A stretch of 63,401 bases of DNA, filler included, from Octopus bimaculoides (GCF_001194135.2; 6 parts of 6 records of this genome joined end to end with filler, not necessarily neighbours in it); one strand, 5' to 3'. Counted from the first letter of the whole stretch, positions 47,576 through 60,246 are shown. Program-made: numbers and translations. Notes: generated from the letters alone by a model not told the origin.

Positions 47576-48169
47576 TGTGTGTGTCCTTGTGTTTCTTTGT
47601 GTGCATGTATGTATGAATATATATATCCAGGCATGCAAGCATTTCATGAGAAGAAAAGCAATAAGCTATAACGAGATTGGCTATATGCCCTATTGACCAA
47701 GACAAACAATAACGATTACATATCTGCTGAAGAAACACTAGAAAATCTTCGATTTCGCTATTCAGTTATCGAACGTTTCTTTCAAATGTCATATGGTAAT
47801 ACATGTATTTCACTTACATTCGGAAATGTGTTTTCTAACGATTACAAATATATACCTAGAAATAAAGTCAGAATCAGACGCATCAACGTATACAATCATA
47901 CTTTCAAACTTACTTGTCCAGAAATACACATACACATAAACCTACACATAAAAATATCTAAGTACAGATATATCTCTCGAATGAAATTACACAACCACCA
48001 GTAGGTGACATTCAACGTAAAAGGCATATGATATAGATTGCTATGCACAGTACTATTACATTCAGTTCTTCGTATAGATTAAAATGTAAGTCATTATATT
48101 GAAAACTGCACTGAAAAAACTTTGATAAGAATTTCAACTAATATATGGTCAAAGAGCCAGCAATTTTGG

Positions 48170-48720
48170 GAAAGGTAGTAAGTAATTTAAGTCGGTGCAT
48201 GTGACCAACTGATAATTATTTCATTGACCGCGAAAGGAGGAAAGGCAAATTCGGACAAAATGCCATTAAACTTATTGGCCGCCGCGGTAGCGATTCAACT
48301 AATATTGGTTTCGTATTTTGGCACAACGCTAGCCATTTTGGATGAGGGGTTAAGTAGATTACGTCGACTCTAGTACTCAACTGGTACCTATTTCATAAAC
48401 TCCGAAACGATTAAAGACAAAATCGACCCCGGTGACATCTTGACTGAAAATATAGGGACCGAAGAAATGCCGGTAATCTTTTTCCCTGGTGCGATAAAGA
48501 TTCTACAAGGTCACCACCTTAATTACAACTAATACTGTTTTCATATTTTGGCTCAATACCAGCAATGTCGGAGAAGTAAGTCGATTTACTCGACCCCACT
48601 GTTCAATTGGTACTTATATAACCGACTCCGAAATGATGAAAAACAAATTTGGCCTCGACAGTTTTGATCTCAGAACTTGAACACGGGCAAAATTTCGCTC
48701 GGCATTTTCCCCAGCCTGCT
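48170..48720 (-). mobile_element. Cluster of degenerate family-C SINE copies
   Basis: Repeated gtcgat.ta..cgac.c.a.t..tcaa.tggtact.at.t.at..ac.ccgaaa.gat.aaa.acaaa...gac(c)tc near 48350-48450 and 48575-48720, with a third fragment near 48190-48260. Confidence 0.75.
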
Positions 48721-50529
48721 GACAATAATTAATTTCAACTAATACTAAAAATTGAAATAGCATTATCATTCGAATTGCTATTATATATTCTAATTACGTT
48801 GCGGTGTTTCTTGAAACACCTATGTCTATCAGATTTTTGCAAGAAGTAAAGTGGTATTTTGATTTTCCAGACAGATGCTGCAATAAATGTATATACTATT
48901 ATATGTCTGAAAGTAAGTCTAAAAGTCTTGATTTGCGACTAGAAGTGACATTTTTGTGAAAACACTGGTACTGTGAGAAACAAAAATACAATCGACAGTA
49001 ATATCCATAGCGTAATGAAAGGACGGGAGTAACTGGTACTTTGTGACAATGCCTGGATTATAAGCAACTTTCTGTCTATTTAAGGCTAGCAACTAGTTAT
49101 TTAGTCCGATTCTACTAATTCTTTACCAAATCATTAGACTCATATCAACCCTATGTCACTCAACAAAGCTACCTTACAGCAACGTAGAGGCCTGGCTAAC
49201 GTTGTTTAAAATAAAAGTGAAACAGCTGAAGTAAACATAATAAATTCTACGAAACGTAACGATAGAAATTTTGTTTTAATGCGCACCATATCATCTTTAT
49301 AGATATAGATGGAATGTTGATCGGACTTACATGAATCAATATCTAACCGGTCTCTTCACATACTTATCAGAAGTTCTATAGCGGAACATCTGTTTAGTTC
49401 ATATATTTGTTTGAAAAACAATATTGAAACTGCAAACAAAAAGCTGTAAACAGGTAAACAAGAAAACAAGAATGCGATAGCAAAAACAAAATTATGTACT
49501 ATTTTGATAAGTCGAAAGTATTGCCAAAGGAAATTTTACACCTAGCAAATGTGTTATTGGTATGCCATACAGTAAAACATATAATGGATGTAAGATTCGC
49601 ACATCTCCAGCTGTAAGTGTAACGGAATTATATTTTCACATGTGCACGCTCACACTTACTCTCTCTCACACACGCACTCACACAAACACAGACAAACACA
49701 TACACACACATACAAACACGCGAAACTAAATACATATATACCAAATACCCTCTTGAAGTAGCAAGGTTGAACCTCAACAGGCATAACGTTATCAATAGGA
49801 GAAAAATGAAATTAAGTTAATAAAATTCTCATCAAAATTAATGGAATTGCTAGTACCAAACTTTGTACAATACCACACACACCACATGATACGTTGAATA
49901 GTTTTTTTCTTTGTTATTAATAAGCATCATACATGCCTACATATATATTCCACACTCACATATTCATTATAAAGCATATTTACTTGTAATTGTTTTATAT
50001 TGCTACATATAAAATATACTGGTGTGCTTGTAAATATATTTTTATTCATGTAGCCTCATATATATCGTTTCTATGTATACTTGTGTGTTTGAAATATTAG
50101 GTAAAATACATTTTAAAACACTTAAAAACACGCATAAAATATATATGATGTATGTTCATTTATTTTATGTTCCTAAACTTATATGAATACTTTTATAATT
50201 ATTTTTATTGTATTTGACTTAAAATGATTGCATTTATACAACTGTAATGTATGTAAATTGTATATTAGGGTTTATGTCGGAACAGCATTATATATAATTT
50301 AGAACACATTAAATATACAACACGAAGTTGTGACAGGGTTTTATATAAAGAGAGTGAAATTAATGTTGAAAGTAACTCATTTCAAACGTTGAAATAACAT
50401 TTATTAGCATAATTAGCATATTAAACCTTTCATTTGATATGAGCGGGGTTCATTTTTTTATTTTTAAATATGTTTATAAACATCATTAAGCACCCTTCAT
50501 ATATAAACATTCTCATTATGTTAGATTGA

Positions 50530-50540
50530 ATAATAATAAT

Positions 50541-50622
<82 letters not shown>

Positions 50623-50643
50623 TTAATAATAATAATAATAATA
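50530..50643. repeat. (TAA)n microsatellite abutting the R4/Dong-type copy
   Basis: Directly visible. Element sequence starts immediately after it. Confidence 0.97.
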
Positions 50644-51585
50644 ACTTCCAGAACAAAATTTAAAAAAAGAGAAAAGATTTATCGATTCTCAACGAAATTA
50701 GTAAACAATCAACACTACTAAGTAACAAGAAGAAAACAAAAATACTGTACAAATACAGCATTACAGAAAAAGACTTACCTGAGGCAAAAGNNNNNNNNNN
50801 NNNNNNNNNNNNNNNNNNNNNNNNNNNNNNNNNNNNNNNNNNNNNNNNNNNNNNNNNNNNNNNNNNNNNNNNNNNNNACCCCAAAAAACTCTACCAAGAA
50901 CTGGGTAAAAATAAAATAGACATTACTTCAGCACCAACAGCAGAAGAACTAGAGAAATTCTGGAAACAAATATGGTCGGTGAAGCAACAACCCCAAAAAA
51001 GTACCATTAAAACAACGAACTTAGCACCTGAGCAACTCTGGGCCCCTATAACAACTGAAGAGGTCACCCAGACACTGCAAAGACTAAGCAACTGGAAAGC
51101 ACCTGGACACGACAAGATCCCCAATTTCTGGTTAAAACACCTGCCAGCAATGCATAAAAAGCTGGCAGAAAACTTTAACAACATAATAGCAGATCCAGAA
51201 ACAATGCCTGAATGACTCACAAATGGGAAAACCATCTTAATCCCCAAATCCACGGAAGCGGAGAAACCACAAAGCTATAGACCTATAACCTGTCTCCCTA
51301 CGATCTACAAAGCCTTTCCTGCAATAATATCGCAGAGAGTGAGTAAACACCTGGAAAATAACAACCTGTTTCCAGAAGAGCAGAAGGGATGCTGCAAGGG
51401 CTCATACGGCTGTAAAGATCAATTATTGATCAATAAAGCCATAACTGAAGACAGCCGCAGAAAGAAGAAAGGCCTCAGTATGGCCTGGGTGGACTACCAA
51501 AAGGCTTTCGACAGTGTTCCCCACACGTGGATTCTGGAAACACTAGCCATAAACAAGGTGGCACCAATTATCATAAAATACATAG
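50644..51585 (+). mobile_element. 5'-truncated R4/Dong-type retrotransposon, N-terminal RT region, little decayed
   Basis: PKKLYQELG...WAPITTEEVTQTLQRLSNWKAPGHDKIPNFWLKHL...SYRPITCLPTIYK...EEQKGCCKGSYGCKDQLLINKAI...AWVDYQKAFDSVPHTW. Only one stop was seen between 50880 and 51585, where the join begins. Confidence 0.93.
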
Positions 51586-51629
51586 NNNNNNNNNNNNNNN
51601 NNNNNNNNNNNNNNNNNNNNNNNNNNNNN

Positions 51630-51641
51630 TTAATTAATTAA
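51630..51641. other. Artificial assembly join spacer
   Basis: 44N-TTAATTAATTAA-44N. Confidence 0.95.
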
Positions 51642-51685
51642 NNNNNNNNNNNNNNNNNNNNNNNNNNNNNNNNNNNNNNNNNNNN

Positions 51686-51724
<39 letters not shown>

Positions 51725-51954
51725 GTATGTATATATGTATGTATATAAGTATGGTCTCTCTATACTCACCCTGTCTATATCTTAAATATTTTGTATATAT
51801 CCGTATAGTTTCTCTCTCACTTTCCCTTTCTTTCCCTCTCCTCTCTTTCTCTCTCTCTCTCTTTCTCTCTCCCTCTCTCTGTCTCTCTCTCTATCTTCCT
51901 TCCTTACTCTATTTTTCTACTTTACTATTCATTCATCTCTCTCTCTCTCTCTCC

Positions 51955-52010
<56 letters not shown>

Positions 52011-52320
52011 GTAGCACCTGCCTTCATATTCCCTGCCTCTGTCTATATTGTCAACTTTGGTTGTTCTCGACATCAATACACTGTCGCCCACACAACTCCC
52101 TTCTCTTAGTCAGTGTTTTAATGACTGGTTCTGCTTAGAGGGAAGGAGAGATATAGAGAGTGGGGACTATGAAAAGGAGTAATAAGTATCAAGTGTTGAT
52201 GATATATAATATTGATGAGACGCTGTCGTGCACAAACCATCGTGTCACCCTCACCTGTCGTTTGCCCACCACGGACGGCCAGGAATCTGAGTACTACAGC
52301 AGCATATACGTTAGTATATA

Positions 52321-52359
<39 letters not shown>

Positions 52360-52391
52360 GTAAAAATATGTGACACTTATTCGGTAGCCAT

Positions 52392-52452
52392 GATAAAACT
52401 CCGAGTTTCGGATCCCGGGGCGGAAACCCACGTCGCCATCTCTTCAGTTATC
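52392..52452 (-). ncRNA. Type-I hammerhead ribozyme motif within an inverted repeat
   Basis: Minus strand: GATAA-CTGAAGA-gatggcgacgtgggtttccgccccgggatcc-GAA-ACTC g GAGT-T-TTATC. Stem I is a perfect 5 bp, stem III is ACTC/GAGT, the core is intact and NUH is GUU. Stem II is irregular (ggcg/cgcc). Confidence 0.7.
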
Positions 52453-52841
52453 TGGTCACTGAAGAGATGGCGGCATGGATTTCCGCCCCGGANNNNNNNN
52501 NNNNNNNNNNNNNNNNNNNNNNNNNNNNNNNNNNNNNNNNNNNNNNNNNNNNNNNNNNNNNNNNNNNNNNNNNNNNNNNNNNNNNNNNNNNNNNNNNNNN
52601 NNNNNNNNNNNNNNNNNNNNNNNNNNNNNNNNNNNNNNNNNNNNNNNNNNNNNNNNNNNNNNNNNNNNNNNNNNNNNNNNNNNNNNNNNNNNNNNNNNNN
52701 NNNNNNNNNNNNNNNNNNNNNNNNNNNNNNNNNNNNNNNNNNNNNNNNNNNNNNNNNNNNNNNNNNNNNNNNNNNNNNNNNNNNNNNNNGAATAAGATAA
52801 AGAGACCAATGGCATAAGTAGAATTATATTTTATGTATAAA

Positions 52842-52890
52842 GTCTTACAGCTGTTTCAGGGAAAATTCAATGTATCCCTTCATTGGAGAC
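52842..52890 (-). ncRNA. Minimal type-I hammerhead ribozyme motif with two core substitutions
   Basis: Minus strand: GTCT-CCAATGA-AGGGA tacattgaattt TCCCT-GAA-ACAGCTGT-A-AGAC. Stems I and II are perfect, stem III is the palindrome ACAGCTGT, NUH is GUA, and the core is CCAAUGA instead of CUGAUGA. Confidence 0.6.
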
Positions 52891-53134
52891 GGTAATAGTA
52901 GAAGAATGGATTATTACATCTATAAGAGGAGATTTGTAGTAAGAAATGAGAGCGATACGTAGAAGAAAGAACAAAGAAGAAGTACTTGGAGTATAGTTCC
53001 ATTCCAACAGTAAACATCCATGTAAAGAATCCATGTGGGTATTTTCCGGAGATAATTGTAGTCGCAATTATACGATATGGATACGATATGTATACGATAT
53101 GATATATATCCACTTTTGCAACTACACGCTCTCT

Positions 53135-54826
53135 CCACTCTTTTTTTTTTGTTTTGCCTGACACTGACACCTTTATCTGACATGCTAAACAGAACAGGAT
53201 GTGGATACAACTATTACGGCAAAACCATCAGCCATCTCTCGTATATGGATGATCTAAAAGTGTACGCTACAAATGATAAACAGCTGAAAACCTTACTACA
53301 GACAGTACATAGATTTACCCAAGAAATAAATATGAAATTTGGCATAGAAAAATGTGCAAAGGCAACCTTGAAAAGAGGAAAACTAGTTAAGAGTAGCAAC
53401 ATCTTACCAGATAGCAAATGAAATAAGAGAATTAGACCAAAGCCAAGCATACAAATACTTTAGAAATAATGAACTAGATACGATACAATACATACAAATG
53501 AAAGAGGAAATAAAAAAGGAATATTATAGACGAGTTAGATTAATACTGTAAACGGAGAACAATACGGTAAGCAAGATAATATGTAACAAAACTCTAACCG
53601 TCCAAGTTATAAGTTACAGCTTTAATATTCTTAACTGGACTCTAAATGAACTAATCAAAAGAGATAGGAAAAAAAGAAAAATAATGACAGAATTTAGGAT
53701 GCACCACTCAAAATTTGACAAAGAAAGGTTATATATACAACGTATCGAAGGTGGTAGAGGTTTTATACAGCTAGAAAACTATTACGAAATAATCACCATA
53801 GGTCTACAGAAATACCAACATCAGAAGCAAGGAAAACTAATACAAATAGCCACAAAACACGAACAAAACAAAAAAAAACTGTTTTCTATCTTTAAGGAAG
53901 CTGACAAATACAAAAAGAAGTCATAGTACCTGACAACTATGAAGAAAAAGAAGAAACAACAAAAGCTGTAAAATAAATGAAATCCAAACTAAAACTGGAA
54001 CACCAACGTATCATGATAAAACGATGGCAAGAAAATCCACTTCATGGCAAATACTGGGTTGGGCCAAACAGAAATATGATAGACACAGCAAAATCCCAGC
54101 AATGGCTGAGAAGCTCAGGACACAAAACAGAGACTGAAGGATTATAATTGCAGCATAAGATCAAAGCTTTCCCACCAGAAATCACCAAATACACATAAAG
54201 AAAAGAAATACACGTAACTGCAGAATAAGTGGAGATGGAGAAGAAGCAATAAATATTATTGTCTCTGGCTGCCCAGTCATGGCTAAGAAGGAGTATATTC
54301 ACAGACATGGCAGAGTTGGGATCTATATATACTGGAAGATATGCCAATACTATAGAATAACAACAGAAAAAAGTTGGTATAGGCACACGCCAGAAAAGGC
54401 CACTGAAAATGAGAAAGCAATCATTCTATGGGATATGCCAATACACACAGATAAAGAAATCAAGACCAATAGGCCGGATATAGTTGTCAGAGATCACCAA
54501 CAAAAAAAAATGTTTCCTAATCGATGTATCAATACCAACTGATGACAATGTTTCTCTAAAAGAAACGGAGAAAGTTTCAAAATACAAAGATCTGGAAATA
54601 GAGGTAACAATTCCTGTTATAGTAGGCGCATTAGGCATAATAAAAAAAAAAGACATTTATACAAATACATAACAAGGAAAATAACACTGCTAGCTCGTCC
54701 TACGTAAAATACTTTCAATACAGTGAAAATAAGAGCACTACAACAGACCACAGCACATACCCAAGGCACACAGAGCTGCGCTCGGTAGTGAAGTGAAAGC
54801 AAGTAACAAAAATAAGACTACTGAAT
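53135..54826 (+). mobile_element. R4/Dong-type retrotransposon, 3' half including 3' UTR, ending at TAA-rich repeats
   Basis: LTPLSDMLNRTG...SHLSYMDDLKVYA...MKFGIEKCAK; CRISGDGEEAINIIVSGCP; HRHGRVG; ILWDMPIHTDKEIKTNRPDIVV..CFLIDVSIPTDDNVSLKETEKVSKYKDLEIE; IPVIVGALGII. Followed by (TAA/ATT)-rich sequence. Confidence 0.93.
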
Positions 54827-54937
54827 GATGATAATTATTATTATTATAACAATAATAATAACAATAATGATAATAATAATTGATCTACGCACAACTCCTG
54901 TGCGTATGGTCCAATTGGCAAAATATAAAGTACATAC

Positions 54938-54976
<39 letters not shown>

Positions 54977-54981
<5 letters not shown>

Positions 54982-55822
54982 AGCACGAAGATAGTAGGTT
55001 GAGCTGACGAGGATCGAAGATGTGGAAGGGCATGCTGTCTAAGTATCTGCTTGTAGATTTCAGCATTGACAGTCTCTTCTAGAAGAATAAGTGGATCAGG
55101 ACTAGCAGCAGCGATCACTCCCCTTAACAATGCCTCCTTCAGTTTTCACTGTCCTCTTCATACATGAATGAGATAACCTTTCACCACTTTGTTGGACGTA
55201 CATCCCGCCATCGGAACCAATTACATTAAACGTCGATCCATCGCTAAAATGTACCTGCGACCGTTGTTCTGTCCAAACGACATGTTCGTGAACGAAATGA
55301 AGTCGGCCTCTTTGATTCTTCTTGGAGATCAGAGGCTTCTTTGCCGGTGCTCGGGCAAACAACCCAGAAGCTCATACCCCGAGAAACTGTTTTTTGCATA
55401 TACGTTGACATCGGATGTGGATCTAAACTCTCGGGATATCTCAGCAGCACTTTTAAACCTATCCTTCAGTGACATTCTAACCATAAAACGATCCTGTCTT
55501 GGTGAAATTTTGTGAGGACTTCCGGTTTAGGTGTGACATCTGTCGACCCTGATAACTTAAAACGAACTACAACACTTCTACACCTTCCTACAGTAGTTGA
55601 TATCACAGAATTTGACTTGCCCTCTTGGTGAAGGCACACAATCCATTGTTTTTCATCACAGGGCACTGGTTGTCTGTCACAAGCTGCCATGTAGACAGTT
55701 GAATGTTCCAATAAGGTAAGATCATAAGAAGTAACTGTTAGCCCATTAACAGTCTTCTAATCAACAAATACCTCGGTTAGTAGTTCACTTTTTCTAAGTG
55801 ACGCATAACTTTTGGCCGCTGC
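54977..55822 (-). mobile_element. Tc1-like transposon, 5' portion (decayed transposase)
   Basis: Minus strand begins cagcggccaaagttatgcgtcac (TIR-like). Reads ARAPAKKPLISKKNQRGRLHFVHEHVVWTEQ..VHFSDGSTFNVIGSDG...TVK.EGG...TVNAEIYKQILRQHALPHL...IFVLD, with FSDES and QQD equivalents. Truncated at a (TA)n run. Confidence 0.88.
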
Positions 55823-55996
55823 AATTTGGAAGATTGTTTATTTCCTCATAACTTACGAAATATTTATTCCATTCAGTTGAAATTTTCACGAAAGATAGAT
55901 ATTAGAGATATCTAAATATGTGTAAAATATCTATAATAACTATTTTAATACAGTTGTTTTTACTGACCCTTAAATTATGACTGCTACTGTACATAA

Positions 55997-56038
<42 letters not shown>

Positions 56039-56134
56039 TACACATATATATATATATATACGCATATATACGTATATATATTTATATTTATATATACATA
56101 TATGCATACATATATGTGTGTGTATGTATCATAT

Positions 56135-56350
56135 ACTCTTTTACTCTTTTACTTGTTTCAGTCATTTGACTGCGGCCATGCTGGAGTACCACCTTTAGTC
56201 GAGCAAGTCAACCCCAGGACTTATTCTTTGTAAGCCTACTACTTATTGTATCGGTCACTTTGTCGAACTGCTAAGCTACGGGGACGTAAACTCACCAGCA
56301 TCGGTTGTCAAGCGATGTTGGTGGGGGGACAAACACAGACACACAAACAT
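56135..56350 (-). mobile_element. SINE family A 3' half
   Basis: ttttacttgtttcagtcatttgactgcggccatgctggag.accacctttagtcgagcaa.tc.accccaggacttattctttgtaagcct. Confidence 0.9.
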
Positions 56351-56352
56351 AT

Positions 56353-56398
<46 letters not shown>

Positions 56399-56442
56399 NN
56401 NNNNNNNNNNNNNNNNNNNNNNNNNNNNNNNNNNNNNNNNNN

Positions 56443-56454
56443 TTAATTAATTAA
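56443..56454. other. Artificial assembly join spacer
   Basis: 44N-TTAATTAATTAA-44N. Confidence 0.95.
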
Positions 56455-56759
56455 NNNNNNNNNNNNNNNNNNNNNNNNNNNNNNNNNNNNNNNNNNNNTA
56501 TGTATATATATATATATATATATATATCAATCTATCTAACTGGGCCCCATTTACAAGGCCATGCGCTGTTCATTTTGATATGGGACCACGATGTCGTGCA
56601 CACATGATTGTGATGCATGTGCCTGTTATATCCTTATCTGATGGGTAGTCATGATGGGCATATTGGGCTTCGTATAATTCTACTCCAGTGTCCACTGTTC
56701 TTTCACTCAATGATGATACTAACGATAATGGTTCTTTCTTGTAAAGGCACAAACCTGAA

Positions 56760-56950
56760 AATTCAGGGAGAGGCGACTAGTCGATTACATCGGCCTTAAT
56801 GTCTCATTGCTACTCAATTTTTCGACCCCCCTAAAGAATGAAAGACATCTTTGACCTCATTAGGATTTGGACCCAGAACGTGAAGACAAACGAAATGCCG
56901 CTAAACATTTTGCCCGGCGTACTAACGATTTTTCAACCTCGTCGCCTTAA
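56760..56950 (-). mobile_element. SINE family C
   Basis: agtcgattacatcg...cgacccc.taaagaatgaaagac...cccagaacgtgaagacaaacgaaatgccgctaaacattttgcccggcgtactaacgatt. Confidence 0.8.
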
Positions 56951-57429
56951 ATAATGACCAAACCTGACCCAAACCAAAATAATAATAACAACAAGAGTTA
57001 CAATAACAGGGTCATCCCTGTTATACAATTGGCGGCGCCAATAATACTCTGTTAGCATTCTCTCAACGTTTAGGGACACCTGTGTCTCCAATAACTAGTG
57101 CTTACAAAAAGTGCATAGGTGTTGAAAATAGCAGATATGTGGAGAGTGAATTGATCTAATTTAGCCCATCATACGTTTCCTAATTATACTGTGACACATT
57201 TAGTAGAAGATTAATAACCTAAAAGGCTCCGATTGTGACTTTAAAATACAGGACAATGCCTTTTACAAACTCACTGCAATAGCTATAACGTAGTATATAA
57301 GTGCTCAGTACTTAGATTATACCACTGCTCCTAATAGAGTGAACAACTACATTTATACAGCTATCTAACATTATTTTAAAGGATATTTCGTTAAGATAAG
57401 ATATAAACTCAGGTAATTTAATTCAGGTT

Positions 57430-57815
57430 TCTATATTTACCTCATCATCATCATATTCCTTTAGTTTCTCAATTTATGGATTTTATAACAAATCCTAATG
57501 CGGTAAGCACCTACGTCTGTAAAGTTATCTAACATTGTATCCCACGGATATGTTCTTAGGGTAAGGCATAAATAGACTCCAAAATTCCACCAAGGTTTCT
57601 TTGGAGCTATTAGTAATTGTAAATAAAGACAGGCAGCGCATTGAAACACGTTTACACATGAAGAACATAATGACAATAACTCTCTGTCAGGACACATACA
57701 CTACATTAGGAAAAAATATACCATACAATACAGCTTGGTCCATCATTGACGCTGGTCATCAACACCAGAGCCAAACGGATCTGTGTTAGTAATTTTTGAA
57801 AGAAACTATGCATAA
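57430..57815 (+). pseudogene. Penelope-like GIY-YIG endonuclease remnant
   Basis: Across frameshifts reads FLGAISNCK...NTFTHEEHNDNNSLSGHIHYIR-KNIPYNTAWSIIDAG...TDLC..IFERNY. This follows the YIG-T...F..E...T.LS.HIW...W.I...C.LC.EK pattern of Penelope C-termini. Confidence 0.55.
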
Positions 57816-57819
57816 GCGC

Positions 57820-57950
57820 AGGAGTGGCAGTGTGGTAAGTAGCTTGTTCCCCCCATCCACATGGTTACGAGTTCAGTCCCACTGCGTGGCACATTGGGCA
57901 AGTGTCTTCTACTATAGCCTCAAGCCGACCAATGCCTTGTGAGTGGATTG
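57820..57950 (+). mobile_element. SINE family A head
   Basis: ggagtggcagtgtggtaagtagcttgttccccc.atccacatggttacgagttcagtcccactgcgtggcacattgggcaagtgtcttctactatagcctc. Confidence 0.88.
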
Positions 57951-60213
57951 CTTCATTTTACTATTTATATTATATATTCCATATTCTATATCCCACATTN
58001 NNNNNNNNNNNNNNNNNNNNNNNNNNNNNNNNNNNNNNNNNNNNNNNNNNNNNNNNNNNNNNNNNNNNNNNNNNNNNNNNNNNNNNNNNNNNNNNNNNNN
58101 NNNNNNNNNNNNNNNNNNNNNNNNNNNNNNNNNNNNNNNNNNNNNNNNNNNNNNNNNNNNNNNNNNNNNNNNNNNNNNNNNNNNNNNNNNNNNNNNNNNN
58201 NNNNNNNNNNNNNNNNNNNNNNTATATATATATATATAATAGAGATATGCAACAAAAACAATATAGAAACTACACGTGGAAATGTAAGAGGAAAGTAAGA
58301 AGAAAAATAAAAGACAAAGGCACATTGGGAACCAAAAAATAAAGGCTTTTCATGAAAAGTAACGATAGATATATACAATTAGATGAACTGACGTAGGAAT
58401 AAATGTCATTATTGTGAATTATTTTAAGTTACCATAACTAAGTCATCACGATATTCCTTTACATGATTTAATTTATGGACTTAGTATTTAAATCCTAACA
58501 CACTAAACAACTACCTCTGTTTAGCTACCTATCACGTTATTCCAACATGTATGTTATGAAGATAAGGTATAAACATACTTGATTTACGTTACTATTTCTA
58601 CTTCATCAATATATTCCTTTCTTCTATTTTATTTAATTTATGAATTTATGAATTAAACTAGTTTAATGCAGCAAATAGCTATCGCTGAATAGCTGGCTAT
58701 GCAAAACTGTTTTCATGAATTAGTTGTTAGGATCAGTCATAAACTCACTTCATTTAGATTACTTTATCTACGTAACCATCATATTCCTGTATCTCATTTG
58801 ATCTAATTTATGAGATACACCCCCACTGGCTTATAATTTGCTTCACACTTATTATAATTACATACTAGTGAAACTAAATTTATATGGTTACCTTACCAGA
58901 TTTATTACTTAACATTTCTATTTATTTATTTTACATGATTAATTTTTACATTAGCTATTATTCATTATTACATTATTAATTTCATAACTATGTGATATAA
59001 TTCGCTACATTCTAACCAGAGGAAATGTTATATTTTATTTACCTTTTTATTTATTCACAATAAACTTTCACTTTAAGTAATATTAGACATCTCTAGCCAC
59101 TGAAAATTTAACGCTTCCCCCACTACCATCCATCTCAGATTTATTGTAGTGATGGGCCTGAGCTGAAAAAGCTATTTGTCATGTTTCATGTTAGCTACAA
59201 CTCTCTAACATTAACACCCCATCCAGCAATCCTAGTACACACTGATGTATCCACAATACAGTTACGCCCTTGTATTTAATCTTCAGCGTTCCTTATTAGT
59301 AGAATTCCTTGCTTACATATCCCCTGTTTATATGTCTTATGACTATGTGTGCGACGGTATCTATATGAATCTACAGGTAGAATAACAGCATGTAGATACA
59401 TACATACATATACACATGTATATATATATATATNNNNNNNNNNNNNNNNNNNNNNNNNNNNNNNNNNNNNNNNNNNNNNNNNNNNNNNNNNNNNNNNNNN
59501 NNNNNNNNNNNNNNNNNNNNNNNNNNNNNNNNNNNNNNNNNNNNNNNNNNNNNNNNNNNNNNNNNNNNNNNNNNNNNNNNNNNNNNNNNNNNNNNNNNNN
59601 NNNNNNNNNNNNNNNNNNNNNNNNNNNNNNNNNNNNNNNNNNNNNNNNNNNNNNNNNNNNNNNNNNNNNNNNNNNNNNNNNNNNNNNNNNNNNNNNNNNN
59701 NNNNNNNNNNNNNNNNNNNNNNNNNNNNNNNNNNNNNNNNNNNNNNNNNNNNNNNNNNNNNNNNNNNNNNNNNNNNNNNNNNNNNNNNNNNNNNNNNNNN
59801 NNNNNNNNNNNNNNNNNNNNNNNNNNNNNNNNNNNNNNNNNNNNNNNNNNNNNNNNNNNNNNNNNNNNNNNNNNNNNNNNNNNNNNNNNNNNNNNNNNNN
59901 NNNNNNNNNNNNNNNNNNNNNNNNNNNNNNNNNNNNNNNNNNNNNNNNNNNNNNNNNNNNNNNNNNNNNNNNNNNNNNNNNNNNNNNNNNNNNNNNNNNN
60001 NNNNNNNNNNNNNNNNNNNNNNNNNNNNNNNNNNNNNNNNNNNNNNNNNNNNNNNNNNNNNNNNNNNNNNNNNNNNNNNNNNNNNNNNNNNNNNNNNNNN
60101 NNNNNNNNNNNNNNNNNNNNNNNNNNNNNNNNNNNNNNNNNNNNNNNNNNNNNNNNNNNNNNNNNNNNNNNNNNNNNNNNNNNNNNNNNNNNNNNNNNNN
60201 NNNNNNNNNNNNN

Positions 60214-60244
<31 letters not shown>

Positions 60245-60246
<2 letters not shown>

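Noticed and set aside
58400-59340. Possible decayed retroelement on the minus strand
   Set aside because: I could not identify any convincing RT or endonuclease motif by eye. It needs BLASTX.
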